Assembly: GCA_951406725.2 (NCBI GenBank)
Contig: OX597841.1
Coordinates: forward strand, 3,162,001 to 3,226,000
Origin: Octopus vulgaris
Lineage: Eukaryota
DNA length: 64,000 nucleotides
Reading direction: 5' to 3'
Part shown: positions 12,520 to 25,093 of the stretch, piece by piece
How the letters are laid out: each line of letters begins with the position of its first letter
Position numbering within the stretch: position 1 is the first letter of the stretch
Notes under the pieces: generated by a model
What the model was told of the DNA's origin: nothing
What the model saw: the letters and a program-made list of their open reading frames with translations, nothing else
The model's database searches: none
Made by a program: the position numbers and the translations under genes

Positions 12520-13265
12520 TAAATTCATCCATGTCTATTTAAGACAATATTTTGAGAAGATGACTTTTTCCAGATTTGATGGTCATATGGCAATTTTCTT
12601 ATCTCTTTTATCATGTCTTAAGGAAAACTCAATTCTTTAAAGTTTCTTACTTCTTTCCACAATTTTTCTTTTCAAATCACACACATATATATAAAATAAA
12701 ATCAAAAACAACACAAAGGATGTCGCAGTACACATGTTTCAAGCTTTATAAACGACCTGTTCTTACATCAGTGTTTAATAGATATAAAAGATGGTTTAAA
12801 GCTCTCTTCAGCCGGTTATTCCAAAGAGTTACATCATACTATGAAGAGTACATGTAGTATTATCCATAATAACAGGTATATCATATCTACCTGAGAAAGT
12901 GTATTTGTAAAATTTCACAACCAAATAGGGTATCATTGGATTTCAAAAATCTGTCCATACTGTATCACCAGTCAACATAGAGATATATTTGATATATACC
13001 CTCTCACCTCTGCCACTAGCTGGCATATACAGGTACTTTTTGTTATAGTTTATTCCTTACAAATATTTCTACTGAGTATTTCTGTTTAACAACACTTTTA
13101 CAAATTTGTTCAATCCATACAGAAGCTCCTCTTAAAGACAGGAATTCTACCATAGATTTATAGAAACAGTGTTATATGTCTGTTCTGTATAATATTTTCT
13201 TTTAGTTTTTAAAAAAACAATATACTGAGGACATATTTTCAGTTATGCCAATGTCATCTGATATT
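12520..13265 (-). pseudogene. ZNF pseudogene remnant: acceptor, uATG and leader, with the finger array lost
   Basis: Acceptor TTATTTCAG|AATATCAGATGACATTGGCATAA at 13265. Leader DLKRKIVERSKK/KELSFP*DMIKEIRKLPYD at ~12580-12680 with the start changed to GTG. The 3' flank at 12140-12240 resembles 16155-16250. Confidence 0.7.
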
Positions 13266-13479
13266 CTGAAATAACGAAGGAAGATCTATTACATTTCTAA
13301 AGAAAAAAAAACATTTACCTGAACTACTGAACTTTTTCATTTATCAAAGTTCAGATCACAGAAACTTGTGTGAATCATACATATTTGTTAACTACAGCTA
13401 CACTTCCATATTGTGTAACATTATATATGCCAGGATGAGTGGAAAGTTTTTTGTATTTCAAGTTATGATTAATAGTTCT

Positions 13480-14420
13480 AACAAAGTTCATGCAAAAAAC
13501 ATTTATCAAAATATATCCCATGTTCTATTGTCTGTTGCACCAGAAACTCAGCTCCACACTTGGCATGTAATCTGATGATGCAAGAGCTGGGCTTCCAGCC
13601 CCTCAAATTTGCACCTAACTTGAATGTTAGGGGATTGTCATGTAGGAGTGCAGGTCTTCAATTGACCAATGCCAAGCAGCAGGCTTTCAAAGCATCTTAT
13701 ACTGCAGTTGAGCATAAAGGTTAGTGTACACAGCAGGGCCATCTGGGACAAGCTCAAAGTGCAACATCCCCCTCAACCTGTTCAAACCACTCTTATTTGA
13801 CAACAGGTTCTGAAGCCTGGCTGGAATAAAGTGACTGATTTCTTGTATTAGGAGTATGAAAATAGATTCATTTTCCATCCCCAGTTACAATTTAATTCCA
13901 AAAACAGGCATCTCAAGAATTTACCAGTAGTTTGTTAGCAAATGTTCACAGGTTGAGCCTGGTCATTGGTCAGTTCATAAGGAACTTCTTGAGAGCCTCT
14001 GTTCACAAGGCTGAACTTATGGGGTTGTCAGCTAATAGTTCTTTGTGAAGAATTAACTTCTGCTAACAATGCATATTGGTTGCTTGTGCTTCAATGTTGA
14101 ACCATTTCAAGCAAGGTCTCATCTTGCACAACAGATCTCCTTGACCTTAGTTTGTATTTGAGGCTGGTGTCACCTTTCTTGAAACATCTGTGCCAGTTTT
14201 GTGCCACATGTTCATTGACAGTTCCTGGGCCGTCCACATCGTGAATTTCTTTTACTGCTGCCCCTTACACTCACTCCTTTTTCTGTAGGTACTGTAAAAT
14301 GGCTCTAATTGCAATTTTTTCACCACTCATTATTGAAGTTCTAAATCAATGAACAATTCAGCAATGATTGGACAAGTTATATCAAATTAATATGACATAG
14401 AGATACAAGTTGCCAAAAAT
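13480..14420 (-). mobile_element. Degenerate mariner transposase relic
   Basis: From ATG 14330: IRAILQY...IHDVDGPGTVNEHVAQNWHRCFKKGDTSL, then IVTGDGK*I, LHFELVPDG, LLHDNP and LASSDY, with stops and frameshifts. Confidence 0.75.
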
Positions 14421-14920
14421 ATCAGTGAAAATCTGAAAAGACTTTTGACTCTGCCTGGTATTAAACCAGAGAATATAATGGACAACAGCATTCTTCTCTC
14501 TCCAGAAATATAATTTGAATTTGTTGCTCAGCTCCAAGTCAACTCTGAATGAGCAGACGTATTAAAAACATTCCATTCATGAACATTCTGTCTTTGTACA
14601 ATTGTATGTCTAGGGATACAGATTCAAAATTGATGCTCAGTTTTTGAGAGGCAAAGGTAAAATTTGAAACATGTGGCTGTTATTTCTTGTAGGTCCAGTG
14701 ACTACATTGTGAGAGCTGTGATAAAAACCAGGCTGTTTTCATAGGTTCTACAGTTTTTATTACAATTCAAAACTAAACGAAGAAAAGACAAGTGTAGGAA
14801 AGAAAAAAACATTAACAAAATATATGAGAGACGTGTCTGTTTTTAAATTTGCTACCCAGATGCAATTTTAAGTTCAGTCCAAAAATACAGCACCTTGAGC
14901 AAGTGCTTTCTACTAAAGCA

Positions 14921-15045
14921 ACATCATCGTTTAACGTCCGTTTTCCGCGCTAGCACGGGTCGGACAGTTCGACCGGGGTCTGGGAAGCCAGAAGGCTGCA
15001 CCAGGCTCCAGTCTGATCTGGCAGTGTTTCTACAGCTGGATGCTC
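14921..15045 (-). mobile_element. Family D 3'-end fragment
   Basis: CATCATCGTTTAACGTCCG...CTGGATGC. Confidence 0.7.
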
Positions 15046-16451
15046 ATATTTATCATTTAATTTTTATGAAATCAATTATTTAATGCTAATTGCAACATCT
15101 TTGAGTGTGTGTATATCATACTGATATTCATTTGAATTTAAATGTGATGACGATGCCCTGTATTTTGTTTGTGTTTACCAATCCTGGTAGATGAAATTTT
15201 GGAATAAAAGTCCCATACCTCAAGGGCAAGTAAAGAATTGCATAGTTTGTTTTGTTTTCTTTTTCTTTATTCTTGTGCAGTGAAAATTACAATTGTTGAT
15301 TTTTTTTCTTTCTTTTTACAATTTTGTGCTCCTCTCACCCCACTTGCATGCCCTTTTCCTTTCCCTTAATGTAAGGACCTCTACAGAAACTGCCTCATGT
15401 ACCCCTACACATGGATCCCTGACTAATATCACTTTGCCACATTACTGTATATTTGTCCCTTATTAACTTTTAAATGCTTCACTCATTAAATATTTTAAGA
15501 ATAACATAATTTATGCTTTTTTCCATATGTAGGAAGGCAGTAAAGTTGTGGAACATGTACAAAACAGAAGGGACTGCATAGAAATGACATGAGGCATTAC
15601 TACAGTTTAGTGCCCCACATTACACTGATTCTTAATAACTTTCCGAAAAAGATATTCTTGTTAATTAAACTTTGCAGAGATGAATTTTTGAGGGATGACA
15701 TTATGATTATCTTCATGAAAAGATTAGGACAACTTTTTTGGTGGGGATACTGAATGATGGTGATGCCATATCTTATCAGGGAAGCAAGTAATACTTCCTT
15801 TTATAATTTCTGTATTTATGGTTAACACAATAACTGCACAGTGACATTATCACTGACCTCTAAGAATACATTTTGCAACTATTTACCTCCAACGACAAAG
15901 TAATCAAATCTTTTCTCATTTCCACAAATACTCACAAGAAATATTTATGGATATTCTGAAAAAAAAAGTCATGATGAACGAAGCCTATATGCATATTCAC
16001 TAGTTGTTAGTTGTCTATTACTTCTTTTTCTGAAGTTATCAATGCTTATGATCCCTGAAAATATTTTCTTATTTAACACTGAGAAGGCAACAGATTGATT
16101 TCAAAACATATTTTCACATGAAAATTCTTGTAACACAAATTCAAAACCCAGAAGAAATTGCTTTTATTAAAAATATTACAGAGGTATGTTATCTCACCAA
16201 TGTAGACATGATTGTAGTGATATAAAATATAGTGTTGGGAGGCTGTTATCCAACTCCTTACTTGTGTAAAAACATTTGTAGTTATAGATGTTTTCATTTT
16301 TGTTTCCCATAAAAAAAACTTTGAGAGTAAACCATATTCTGGCATACAGTAAGAGGTAAGTAAAGGGGTTGGCATCAGTAAATGTCAAACAGCTTAAAAA
16401 CTGGAAGACACATTGAGTGGATTTGTTATTGGCAAGGCTAAATGTACCAAG

Positions 16452-17780
16452 TTACCCTTGTACATGAGTAGATATATGTTTATTTAACTTACGATTTTCG
16501 GAGAAAGATTTCCCACAGATATCACAATGATATGGCTTCTCCCCTGTATGAATACGTTGGTGTTTAGTTAAATCACTACTTTGAGAGAATAATATACCAC
16601 AGATGCCACACTCATATGGCTTTTCCCCTGTATGAATACGTTTGTGAGAAGTTAAGTTACTACTTGCAGAGAACGATCTACCACAAATATCACAATGATG
16701 TGGTTTTTCACCTGTGTGAATACGTTTATGACAAGTTAAGTTATAACTTTGAGAGAATGATCTATCACAGATATCACAATGAAATGGTTTCTCTCCTGAA
16801 TGAACACGTTTGTGTTTAGTAAAGTCACTACTCCCAGAGAATGATTTACCACAAATATTACAATGAAATGGTTTCTCTCCTGTATGACTACGAATGTGTC
16901 TAGTTAATGTACCAAATTTGGAGAATGATTTACCACAGATATCACAGAGATATTGCCTTTCCCCGGTATGAAAACTTTTGTGCTCAACCAAGTAACTACT
17001 TACAGAGAATGATTTACCACAGACATCACAATGATATGGTTTCTCTCCTGTATGAACAAGTTTGTGTCTTGTTAAGTCACTATTTGCAGAGAATGATTTG
17101 TCACAGACATCACAGTGAAATGGCTTCTCTCCTGTATGAATATGTTTGTGTCTAGTTAAATGACTACTAACAGAGAATGATTTATCACAGATATCACAAT
17201 GATATGCCTTCTCTCCTGTATGAATACGCATGTGTCTTGTTAAGATACTACTTTCAGAATATGATTTACCACAGATATCACAGCTATATGGTTTTTCTCC
17301 CGAATGAATGCGTTTGTGAGATGTCAAGTGATAACTTCGAGAGAATGATTTACCACAGATATCACAGTGATATGGCTTTTCTCCTGTATGAGTACGCTTG
17401 TGTGTAGTTAAGACAGCACTTTGAGAGAATGATTTACCACAGATATCACAATGATATGGCTTCTCCCCAGTATGAATACGAATGTGCTTATTTAAGTCAA
17501 TATTTTGAGAAAATGATTTGTCACAGATATTACAGCGATATGGTTTCTCTCCTGTATGAATACGTATGTGTATTGTTAGGGCAGTACTTCCAGAGAAAGA
17601 TTTACCACAGATATCACAATGATATGGCTTCTCCCCTGTATGAATACGTTTGTGTTTAGTCAAGTTACCTTTTAGAGAGAATGACTTTTCACAGATATCA
17701 CAGCCATAGGACAAATTACTTGTTTCTTTTATCGTGTCTTCAGGTAAAATCAATTCTTTGAGTTTCTCACATCTCTCCAT
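16452..17780 (-). CDS. C2H2 zinc-finger protein ZNF-2, 15 fingers
   Basis: The family-conserved start AAAATAATG (MERCEK) is at 17780. The track start at 17837 is a TTG upstream of a TA microsatellite. Confidence 0.95.
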   Translation of the reverse strand: MERCEKLKELILPEDTIKETSNLSYGCDICEKSFSLKGNLTKHKRIHTGEKPYHCDICGKSFSGSTALTIHIRIHTGEKPYRCNICDKSFSQNIDLNKHIRIHTGEKPYHCDICGKSFSQSAVLTTHKRTHTGEKPYHCDICGKSFSRSYHLTSHKRIHSGEKPYSCDICGKSYSESSILTRHMRIHTGEKAYHCDICDKSFSVSSHLTRHKHIHTGEKPFHCDVCDKSFSANSDLTRHKLVHTGEKPYHCDVCGKSFSVSSYLVEHKSFHTGERQYLCDICGKSFSKFGTLTRHIRSHTGEKPFHCNICGKSFSGSSDFTKHKRVHSGEKPFHCDICDRSFSQSYNLTCHKRIHTGEKPHHCDICGRSFSASSNLTSHKRIHTGEKPYECGICGILFSQSSDLTKHQRIHTGEKPYHCDICGKSFSENRKLNKHISTHVQG

Positions 17781-17802
17781 TATTTTTCTCCTCAAATCAC
17801 TG

Positions 17803-17833
<31 letters not shown>

Positions 17834-18615
17834 CCAAGTTTAATTTGCATGCAAATGCATCTTCTCAACACTCCAGTCAGATATGTATGGAAATTTTAGC
17901 AATAATATCAGGCCATAGCAAATACTTTACTTGAATTCTATCATAGGTTTATAGAAACAGTATTATACATCTGTTCTCTATAATAATGTCTTAAATGATA
18001 AATACTGAGGATGTATCTTGTGTTATCCCACTGTCATCTGATATTCTGAAACAATAAAAAAAATAACAGTTTAAGATAAAAAGCCGCTTTAAAAATACAG
18101 ATTCAACAGTGGAAAATTTACATCATTTCTATAGACGTAAACTTTAGAAATAAAAATTTACCTCAACAGCTGAACTTGTTAATTTACATCACAGAATATT
18201 GTGTGAAGCTTACAAATTTGTAAACCACAGCTACACTTTCAAATTGTGTAACAGTTTTTAGATTAAACAACAGAATAATGGACAATGACATTCTTCTCTC
18301 TTTTGATATTTAAATTCAAGTTTAGTTCCAGGCCATCTGTGATTGAGCAGACGTAAGACTGAAGACATTCTGACCATGAACATCCCGTCTTTCTTTCTCG
18401 CACAAATCAGAGACTTCTTTCTTCCATAGCTAGAAACAGCAGCTAAATCTCGCACAAAGCATAGACGTCTCGCTTCCATAGCAAGAAATAGTACCTAAAT
18501 CTAGCACAAATCGCGGACACTTCTCATCAATAAACGATATGGGAAACAAAGAATCGACACGTCAAAATCAGAACGTCTACAGAAGTAAAAAGACTGAATA
18601 TTTTCGTTGTTTAAT

Positions 18616-18787
18616 ACTTACGGAAATGTTTTATAAAGGATAGAGTTGTTACAAGCGAGCCTGGTAGGTGAACAATATATTACAAGTGTGTATTATAAAG
18701 CATTATAAATGCATTCATACACTCAAGCACCTGACGTATGTAATTTGATGCCAAAATGGAAACAGAATTTTATAGTGCGCATGCGCA
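18616..18787 (-). promoter_or_regulatory. Putative promoter and non-coding exon 1 of ZNF-2
   Basis: Perfect TGCGCATGCGCA at 18776-18787, minus-strand donor GTAAGT at 18621-18616, acceptor at 18047-18046. Confidence 0.65.
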
Positions 18788-18849
18788 TTTGTTGAACTCT
18801 ATGTTTTCAGTAAGCTAACGATTGTTATCTCCCTTTATGTTTCATGTGT

Positions 18850-19058
18850 ACTCTTTTACTTGTTTCAGTCATTTGACTGCGGCCATGCTGGAGCACCGCC
18901 TTTAGTCGAGCAAATCGACCCCCGGGACTTATTCTTTGTAAGCCCAGTACTTATTCTATCGGTCTCTTTTGCCGAACCGCTAAGTGACAGGGACGTAAAC
19001 ACACCAGCATCGGTTGTCAAGCAATGCTAGGGGGACAAATACAGACACACAAACACAT

Positions 19059-19111
<53 letters not shown>

Positions 19112-19272
19112 TACGACAGGCTTCTTTCAGTTTCCGTCTACCAAACCCACTCACAAGGCATTGGTCGGCCCGGGGCTATAGCAGAAGACACTTGCTCAAG
19201 ATGCCACGCAGTGGGACTGAACCCGGAACCATGTGGTTGGTTAGCAAGCTACTTACCACACAGCCACTCCTG
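18850..19272 (-). mobile_element. SINE family A
   Basis: Near-full-length reverse complement of the 8390 element with an internal (TA)n. Confidence 0.85.
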
Positions 19273-19599
19273 TTTCATGTTTACATTTATGTTATCTTGT
19301 TTTATTGTGTCCGTACCCGCAAAGCACCTCCGGGGTTTACTCGCAGGAGACAGTTTGGCCGTGTGAATAACATACACGTCAATACACGGAGAAAGAGTTT
19401 CGGATCTGGACTCTGTCGAATTTTCTCTGTTTTGACTTGAATTTTTCCAGCTTGGTTTTCACCACGGTTTTATTCTTTGTAAGCCTAGTACTTATTCTAT
19501 CGGTTGCTTTTTGCCGAACCTCCAGGTTACGGGCGGTGGGGGTGGGGTAAACACCAACATCGGTTGCCAAGTGATAGTGGTGGGGACAAACACACAGAT

Positions 19600-19968
19600 A
19601 CATGTATGTATGTAAGCATGCATATATGTATGTATGCATATATGTATGCATGTATGTATGTATGCATTATGTATGTATGTATATATTATGTATGTATGTA
19701 AGTATGTATGCATGTATGTATGTATGCATGTATGTATACATGTATGTATGTATGTATGTATGCATGTATGTATGTGTGTGTATGTATGTTTGTATGTATA
19801 TATGTATGTATATATTATGTATGTATGTATGCATGTATGTATGTATGTATGTATGTATGTATATATGTATGTATTCATGCATGTATGTATGCATGTATGT
19901 ATGTATATATGTATGTTTGTATGTATGCATTATGTATGTATGTATATATGTATGTATGTATGTATGTA
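19600..19968. repeat. Degenerate (TATG)n microsatellite
   Basis: About 370 bp of TATG/TGCA variants. Confidence 0.95.
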
Positions 19969-20029
19969 AGGTGCCAGACAGTGGAAGTGAACCTGGAACC
20001 ATGTGGTTGGGAAGCAAGCTTCTAACCAC

Positions 20030-20730
20030 ACGGCTAAAAGGAGCTGAGTCTCTATTCCCTGGAGAGAAGACGAGAGAGAGATGCGGTGATATATATTTGG
20101 GAAATCTTGGAGGGTTTAGCTCCCAATTTTAGAATTGACAGCTATACCAATCCTCGAACTGGATGGCACTGCATCATACCAAAGATCCCGTCTTCCCCAT
20201 TTAAAACAAAGCCACCATATTGCAATAGTCTGGGTTTCAAGGGCCTGCAATTGCTCGACATCTTGCCAGGCAACCTAGACATACAATGCTAGAGAGAAAG
20301 ACAGGATGTTCATAGATGGAGTGTCTTTAATCATATTTCTGCCCAGTTAGAGTTGTCTTCAGGCCAAACAACAATATATATGCGGTGATATATATTTGGG
20401 AAATCTTGGAGGGTTTAGCTCCCAATTTTAGAATTGACAGCTATACCAATCCTCGAACTGGATGGCACTGCATCATACCAAAGATCCCGTCTTCCCCATT
20501 TAAAATAAAGCCACCATATTGCAATAGTCTGGGTTTCAAGGGCCTGCAATTGCTCGACATCTTGCCAGGCAACCTTAGAGATCTACATGGTGTTGATGTG
20601 GAAGTTTTCAAAGAACGTCTGGATAGGTTTCTATCTGAGGTACCAGATGAACCCACATCGCGGCAGGTGACACAAAGAAGAGCAGTTCCGTCCAACTTGC
20701 TACTTCAACAAAAAATAATATCAGAAACAA
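20030..20730 (+). mobile_element. LINE ORF2 3' fragment (CR1-like group) with internal duplication
   Basis: LKELSLYSLERRRER / IYIWEILEGLAPN...LDRFLSEVPDEP. 20081-20275 is repeated at 20380-20575. Confidence 0.7.
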
Positions 20731-20804
20731 CACCTAGTAACCACAGGTGGTGCACCAGCATGACCTCAGCCCCGGGAAGAAACTAGTAAAAGATAAAAGA
20801 TATA

Positions 20805-21390
20805 TATTTCTTTACTGCCCACAAGGGGCTAAACATAGAGGGGACAAACAAGAACAGACAAACGGATTAAGTCGATTACATCGACCCCAATGCGTAACTA
20901 GTACTTTATTTATCGACCCCGAAAGGATGAAAGGCAAAGTCGACCTCGGCTGAATTTGAACTCAGAACGTAGCGGCAGACAAAATACCTATTTCATTATT
21001 ACCCACAAGGGGCTAAACATAGAGGGGACAAACAAGGACAGACAAAGGGATTAAGTCGATTATATCAACCCCAGTTCGTAACTGCTACTTATTTAATCGA
21101 CCCCGAAAGGATGAACGGCAGAGTCAACCTTGGCAGAATTTGAACTCAAAACATAATTGTTTCTTTATTACCCACAAGGGGCTAAACATAGAAGGGACAA
21201 ACAAGGACAGACAAAGGTATTAAGTCGATTACATCGACCCCAGAGCGTAACTAGTACTTTATTTATCGACCCCGAAAGGATGAAAGGCAAAGTCGCCCTC
21301 GACGGAATTTGAACTCAGAGTGTAACAGCAGACGAAATACCGCTGAGCATTTCGCCCGGCGCGCTAACGTTTCTGCCAGCTCGCTGCCTC
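20805..21390 (-). mobile_element. SINE-like family C, one head plus three tandem ~180-bp bodies
   Basis: CCCACAAGGGGCTAAACATAG...GAATTTGAACTCA occurs three times. Confidence 0.82.
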
Positions 21391-21414
21391 TTAAAAAGCA
21401 GACCAGCCACCGGA

Positions 21415-21487
21415 TGCCGAAACCCGGGATTGAACCAGGGACCTTTAGATCTTCAGTCTAACGCTCTCCCAACTGAGCTATTTCGGC
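21415..21487 (-). tRNA. trnF: tRNA-Phe (GAA)
   Basis: GCCGAAATAGCTCAGTTGGGAGAGCGTTAGACTGAAGATCTAAAGGTCCCTGGTTCAATCCCGGGTTTCGGCA, 73 nt, canonical cloverleaf. Pol III terminator T5 at 21397-21393. Confidence 0.97.
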
Positions 21488-21512
21488 TGGTAGATAAATG
21501 ATAAAAGATATA

Positions 21513-22430
21513 GGCGCAGGCGTGGCTGTGTGGTAAGAAGCTCGCTTCCCAAACACATAGATCTGAGTTCAGTCTCACTACGTGGCTCTTTGGGAAAATG
21601 TCTTCTATAGTCTCGGGCCCACCAAAGCCTTGTGAAAGAAGCCCGTCTTATATACATATACTAGCAGTATCGCCCGGCGTTGCTCGGGTTTGTAAGGGAA
21701 ATAACTATATAAGCATTTTTAGAGAGTTATAGCAAAAAAATGCATTAAAAATGGAATAAAAAATGATGGTAATTTTTTTTTAAATCGTTGACTCATCGTA
21801 GACATATTTAGAGAGTTACTTTCCTTATATAATAGCGAAAAAATGCATTAAAATGGAAAAAAATGATGGTAATTTTTTTTTTAAATCGTAGACTCATCGT
21901 AGACGCGCGCTAATACCCAAAAGGGCTCGATATGAATCACGACTATAAGATACCCGGTTTTGGTTAAACTGCACCGCCAAATGTGGGAGTAGTTAGGAAT
22001 CTAAATCGTAGGGGACAGACACTCACACAACTTCACTTTTATATATATAGATATCTGGCAGAAAGGTTAGCACGCCGGGCGAAATGCGTAGCCGTATTTC
22101 GTCTGCCGTTACGTTCTGAGTTCAAATTCCGCCGAGGTCGACTGTGCCTTTCATCCTTTCGGGGTCGATAAATTAAGTACCAGTTACGCACTGAGGTCGA
22201 TGTAATCGACTTAATCCGTTTGTCCCCTCTGTGTTTAGCCCCTTGCGGGTAGTAAAGAAACATATCTATATGCGTGTATGTGTTTGTCCCTCCATCACCG
22301 CTTGACAACCGGCATTGGTGTTTACATGCCCGTAAACCGGCAGTTCGACAAAACATACCGATAGAATAAAGTACTAGGCTTTAAAAAAGTAAGCCCTAGG
22401 TGAGTACGTGACGGTGCTCCAGCATAGCCG
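21513..22430 (+). mobile_element. Older family A SINE split by nested Helitron and family C insertions
   Basis: Head at 21513-~21655 and tail at ~22275-22430; family C copy at ~22055-22260. Confidence 0.65.
21661..22051 (-). mobile_element. Non-autonomous Helitron, second copy
   Basis: Same CTAG and hairpin end and TC start as 7870-8264, in an AT target. Confidence 0.85.
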
Positions 22431-22431
22431 C

Positions 22432-22806
22432 ATTAAAAATAACTCTGAGCACCTTTTCAAACTCCACCCATCTAACACCCGTGGACATATTTACAAAGTA
22501 AGAAAACAGCACAGCTCCCATGACTTCAGGAAACATTTTTTCACGCTGAGAGTTGCTGAAGCATGGAACAAACTGCCGGCATCAGTTGTTAGTTGTCGGA
22601 ACACTGCATCCTTCAAAACTTCCATGCTTCCTGAGATTCGCCAACACTACACTTGATTTTCTCCCCTCCATACACACACAAGCATGTATCTGACTCATAC
22701 ATTGTTCGCTTTCCAGACATTTCTACATTACTGCATGTACTTTATATGCACTTTCTGACAAGTTGTGGTGCACCTGAGCACTGTATACAATAATTTCATT
22801 ATTATT
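22432..22806 (+). mobile_element. CR1-like LINE 3' end
   Basis: TRGHIYKVRKQ...FFTLRVAEAWNKLP, then a 3' UTR and (ATT)n tail. Same family as 46425-47100. Confidence 0.8.
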
Positions 22807-22918
22807 TAAATAGCTGAAACAAGTAACAGAAGAAAAGACCACGGCGCAAACCCGTTTCTTGCGTGGCAAGTTAAAGGGAGATAACAAGATTTCGCGAAAA
22901 AATATTTTATATAAAAGG

Positions 22919-23076
22919 TACGCATGCGCATTAAACGCACTTCCATATTCTGTTGCAAAGTACTTCTAACTTCTCGTAATTACCACACTTTTATATAATA
23001 CATATAATAATAATAATAATAATAACAAAGCAAGCACTTATAACTACAGTATCCGTTATAAAACGATAACGTAAGT
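22919..23076 (+). promoter_or_regulatory. Putative promoter and exon 1 of ZNF-3
   Basis: TACGCATGCGCA 22919-22930, ACTTCC nearby, donor GTAAGT 23071-23076, acceptor AG 24538-24539. Confidence 0.65.
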
Positions 23077-23562
23077 ATTGATGAAAATATTCCATGTCTT
23101 AATACTATTTGGGGCGTTTACCTGTCGACTCTTTGTCTCTTCTACCTTTAAGGAAATAGAGATGTCTATGATTTGTGCGAGATTTGGCTGCTATTTCTAG
23201 CTATAGAAGAAAGATGTCTATAATTTGTACGTGATTTGACCTCTATTTCTTGTTACGGTTGAGTGATAGCTATGATTTGGGCAATATTTGGCTGCTATTT
23301 CGAGCTAATGATGAGGGATGACTATGGTTTGGGTAATTTTTCAGAGTAATTACCTTCAGAGTAACACCCTCACGATTTTCACCCGGTAAAAAAAAAAAAA
23401 AAAAAAAAAAAAAACCCGGATTTTTTTGCGTGGAATCAAGTACCCTGAGCTCCTAATATGCTGCAAATCCCTGGGGGTGAGGTGGAAGCCTCAGAAATTT
23501 CCCCCACCTCCATTATTTTTTCACCAGCACGATTTTCACTTAAGAAAAAAAAAAAAAAAAAT

Positions 23563-23720
23563 GAGTGGCTGTGTGGTAAGTAGCTTGCTAGCCAACCACA
23601 TGGTTCCGGGTTCAGTACCACTGCGTGGCATCTTGAGCAAGTGTCTTCTGCTATAGCCCCGGGCCGACCAATGCCTTGTGAGTGGGTTTGGTAGACGGAA
23701 ACTGAAAGAAGCCTGTCGTA

Positions 23721-23767
<47 letters not shown>

Positions 23768-23982
23768 TTCTTTGTCTGTGTTTGCTCCCCTAGCATTGCT
23801 TGACAACCGATGCTGGTGTGTTTATGTCCCCGTCACTTAGCGGTTCGGCAAAAAGAGACCGATAGAATAAATACTGGGCTTACAAAAAGAATAAGTCCCG
23901 GGGTCGAGTTGCTCGACTAAAGGCGGTGCTCCAGCATGGCCGCAGTCAAATGACTGAAACAAGTAAAAGAGTAAAAGAGAGA
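23563..23982 (+). mobile_element. SINE family A in ZNF-3 intron
   Basis: Matches family A consensus. Confidence 0.85.
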
Positions 23983-25093
23983 GTATGAATCCGGGACGGA
24001 TTTCCCTAATCCTAACCCAGAAAAGATCAATAGGGGTGGAGTTGGGGGTGAAATTTCCGAGGCTTTCACCTCACCCCACTCCATTTTTCTGACCCCAAAA
24101 AGTGTTTTGTAGCATATTAGGATGTCACAGGAATTCATTCGGCGGAAAAAAGAACTCCTAGACATACAATGCTAGAGAGAAAGACAGGATGTTCATGGAT
24201 GGAGTGTCTTTAATCATATTTCTGCCCAGTTAGCGTTGTCTTCAGGCCAAACAACAATGTCATATTATATGTCTGGAGAAAGAAGAATGTTATTGTCCAC
24301 TATTTTCTAGTTTAATCTAAATAATATTACACAATGTGAAGGTGTAGCTGTGGTTTACAAACATGTAAGCTACACAGAAGATTCTGTGATGTAAATTTTA
24401 ATACATTAAAAAGTTCAGTTGTTCGGGTAAATGCTTATTTCTAAAGTTTATCTCAATAGAAATGTAACTTTTCCAGTGGTGAATCTTCATTTTTTAAGTA
24501 GCCTCTATAACTTACACTGTTGTTTCTTTATTATTTCAGAATATCAGATGACATTGGATAACAGAAGATACCCTCTCTCTCTTTCGGAGAAGCACTGAGC
24601 AGCTATACGCACACATACACACACGGCAGTAACTTCCACCTACCGAATTCAATCACAAAGCTCCTGTCGGCTCGGGGCTATAGTGGAAGACACCTACCCA
24701 AAGTGCCACGCAGTGGGACTGAACCCGAAACCATGTAGCTAGGAAGCAAACTCCCTAATCACACAGCCATATCCTCGGTATTTATCTTTCAAAAAACTAA
24801 AGGAAAATTTTATACTGAACAGATCGATAACATTGTTTCTATAAAGCTGTGGTAGAATTCGTTTACAGTATTTGTTCTGATCTGAGATTATTAGCAAAAT
24901 TTCTGTGCATCACTGACAAGAATGTCAACAAAACGAGCTTGTGCGCAGATTAAACTTGAGTAAAATTACAAAAAAGTTGTTTGACATAGTCAACCCTGGA
25001 CAGAAATACAGCTGTAGAAATATTTGTATGGAATAAAATATAAGAACAAAAACAAGAAAAAATATGTACATTGGGATTTGAGAAGAAGACATA

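Noticed and set aside
19492-20132. ORFs rich in YVCM or HTYI
   Set aside because: Translations of a (TATG)n microsatellite.
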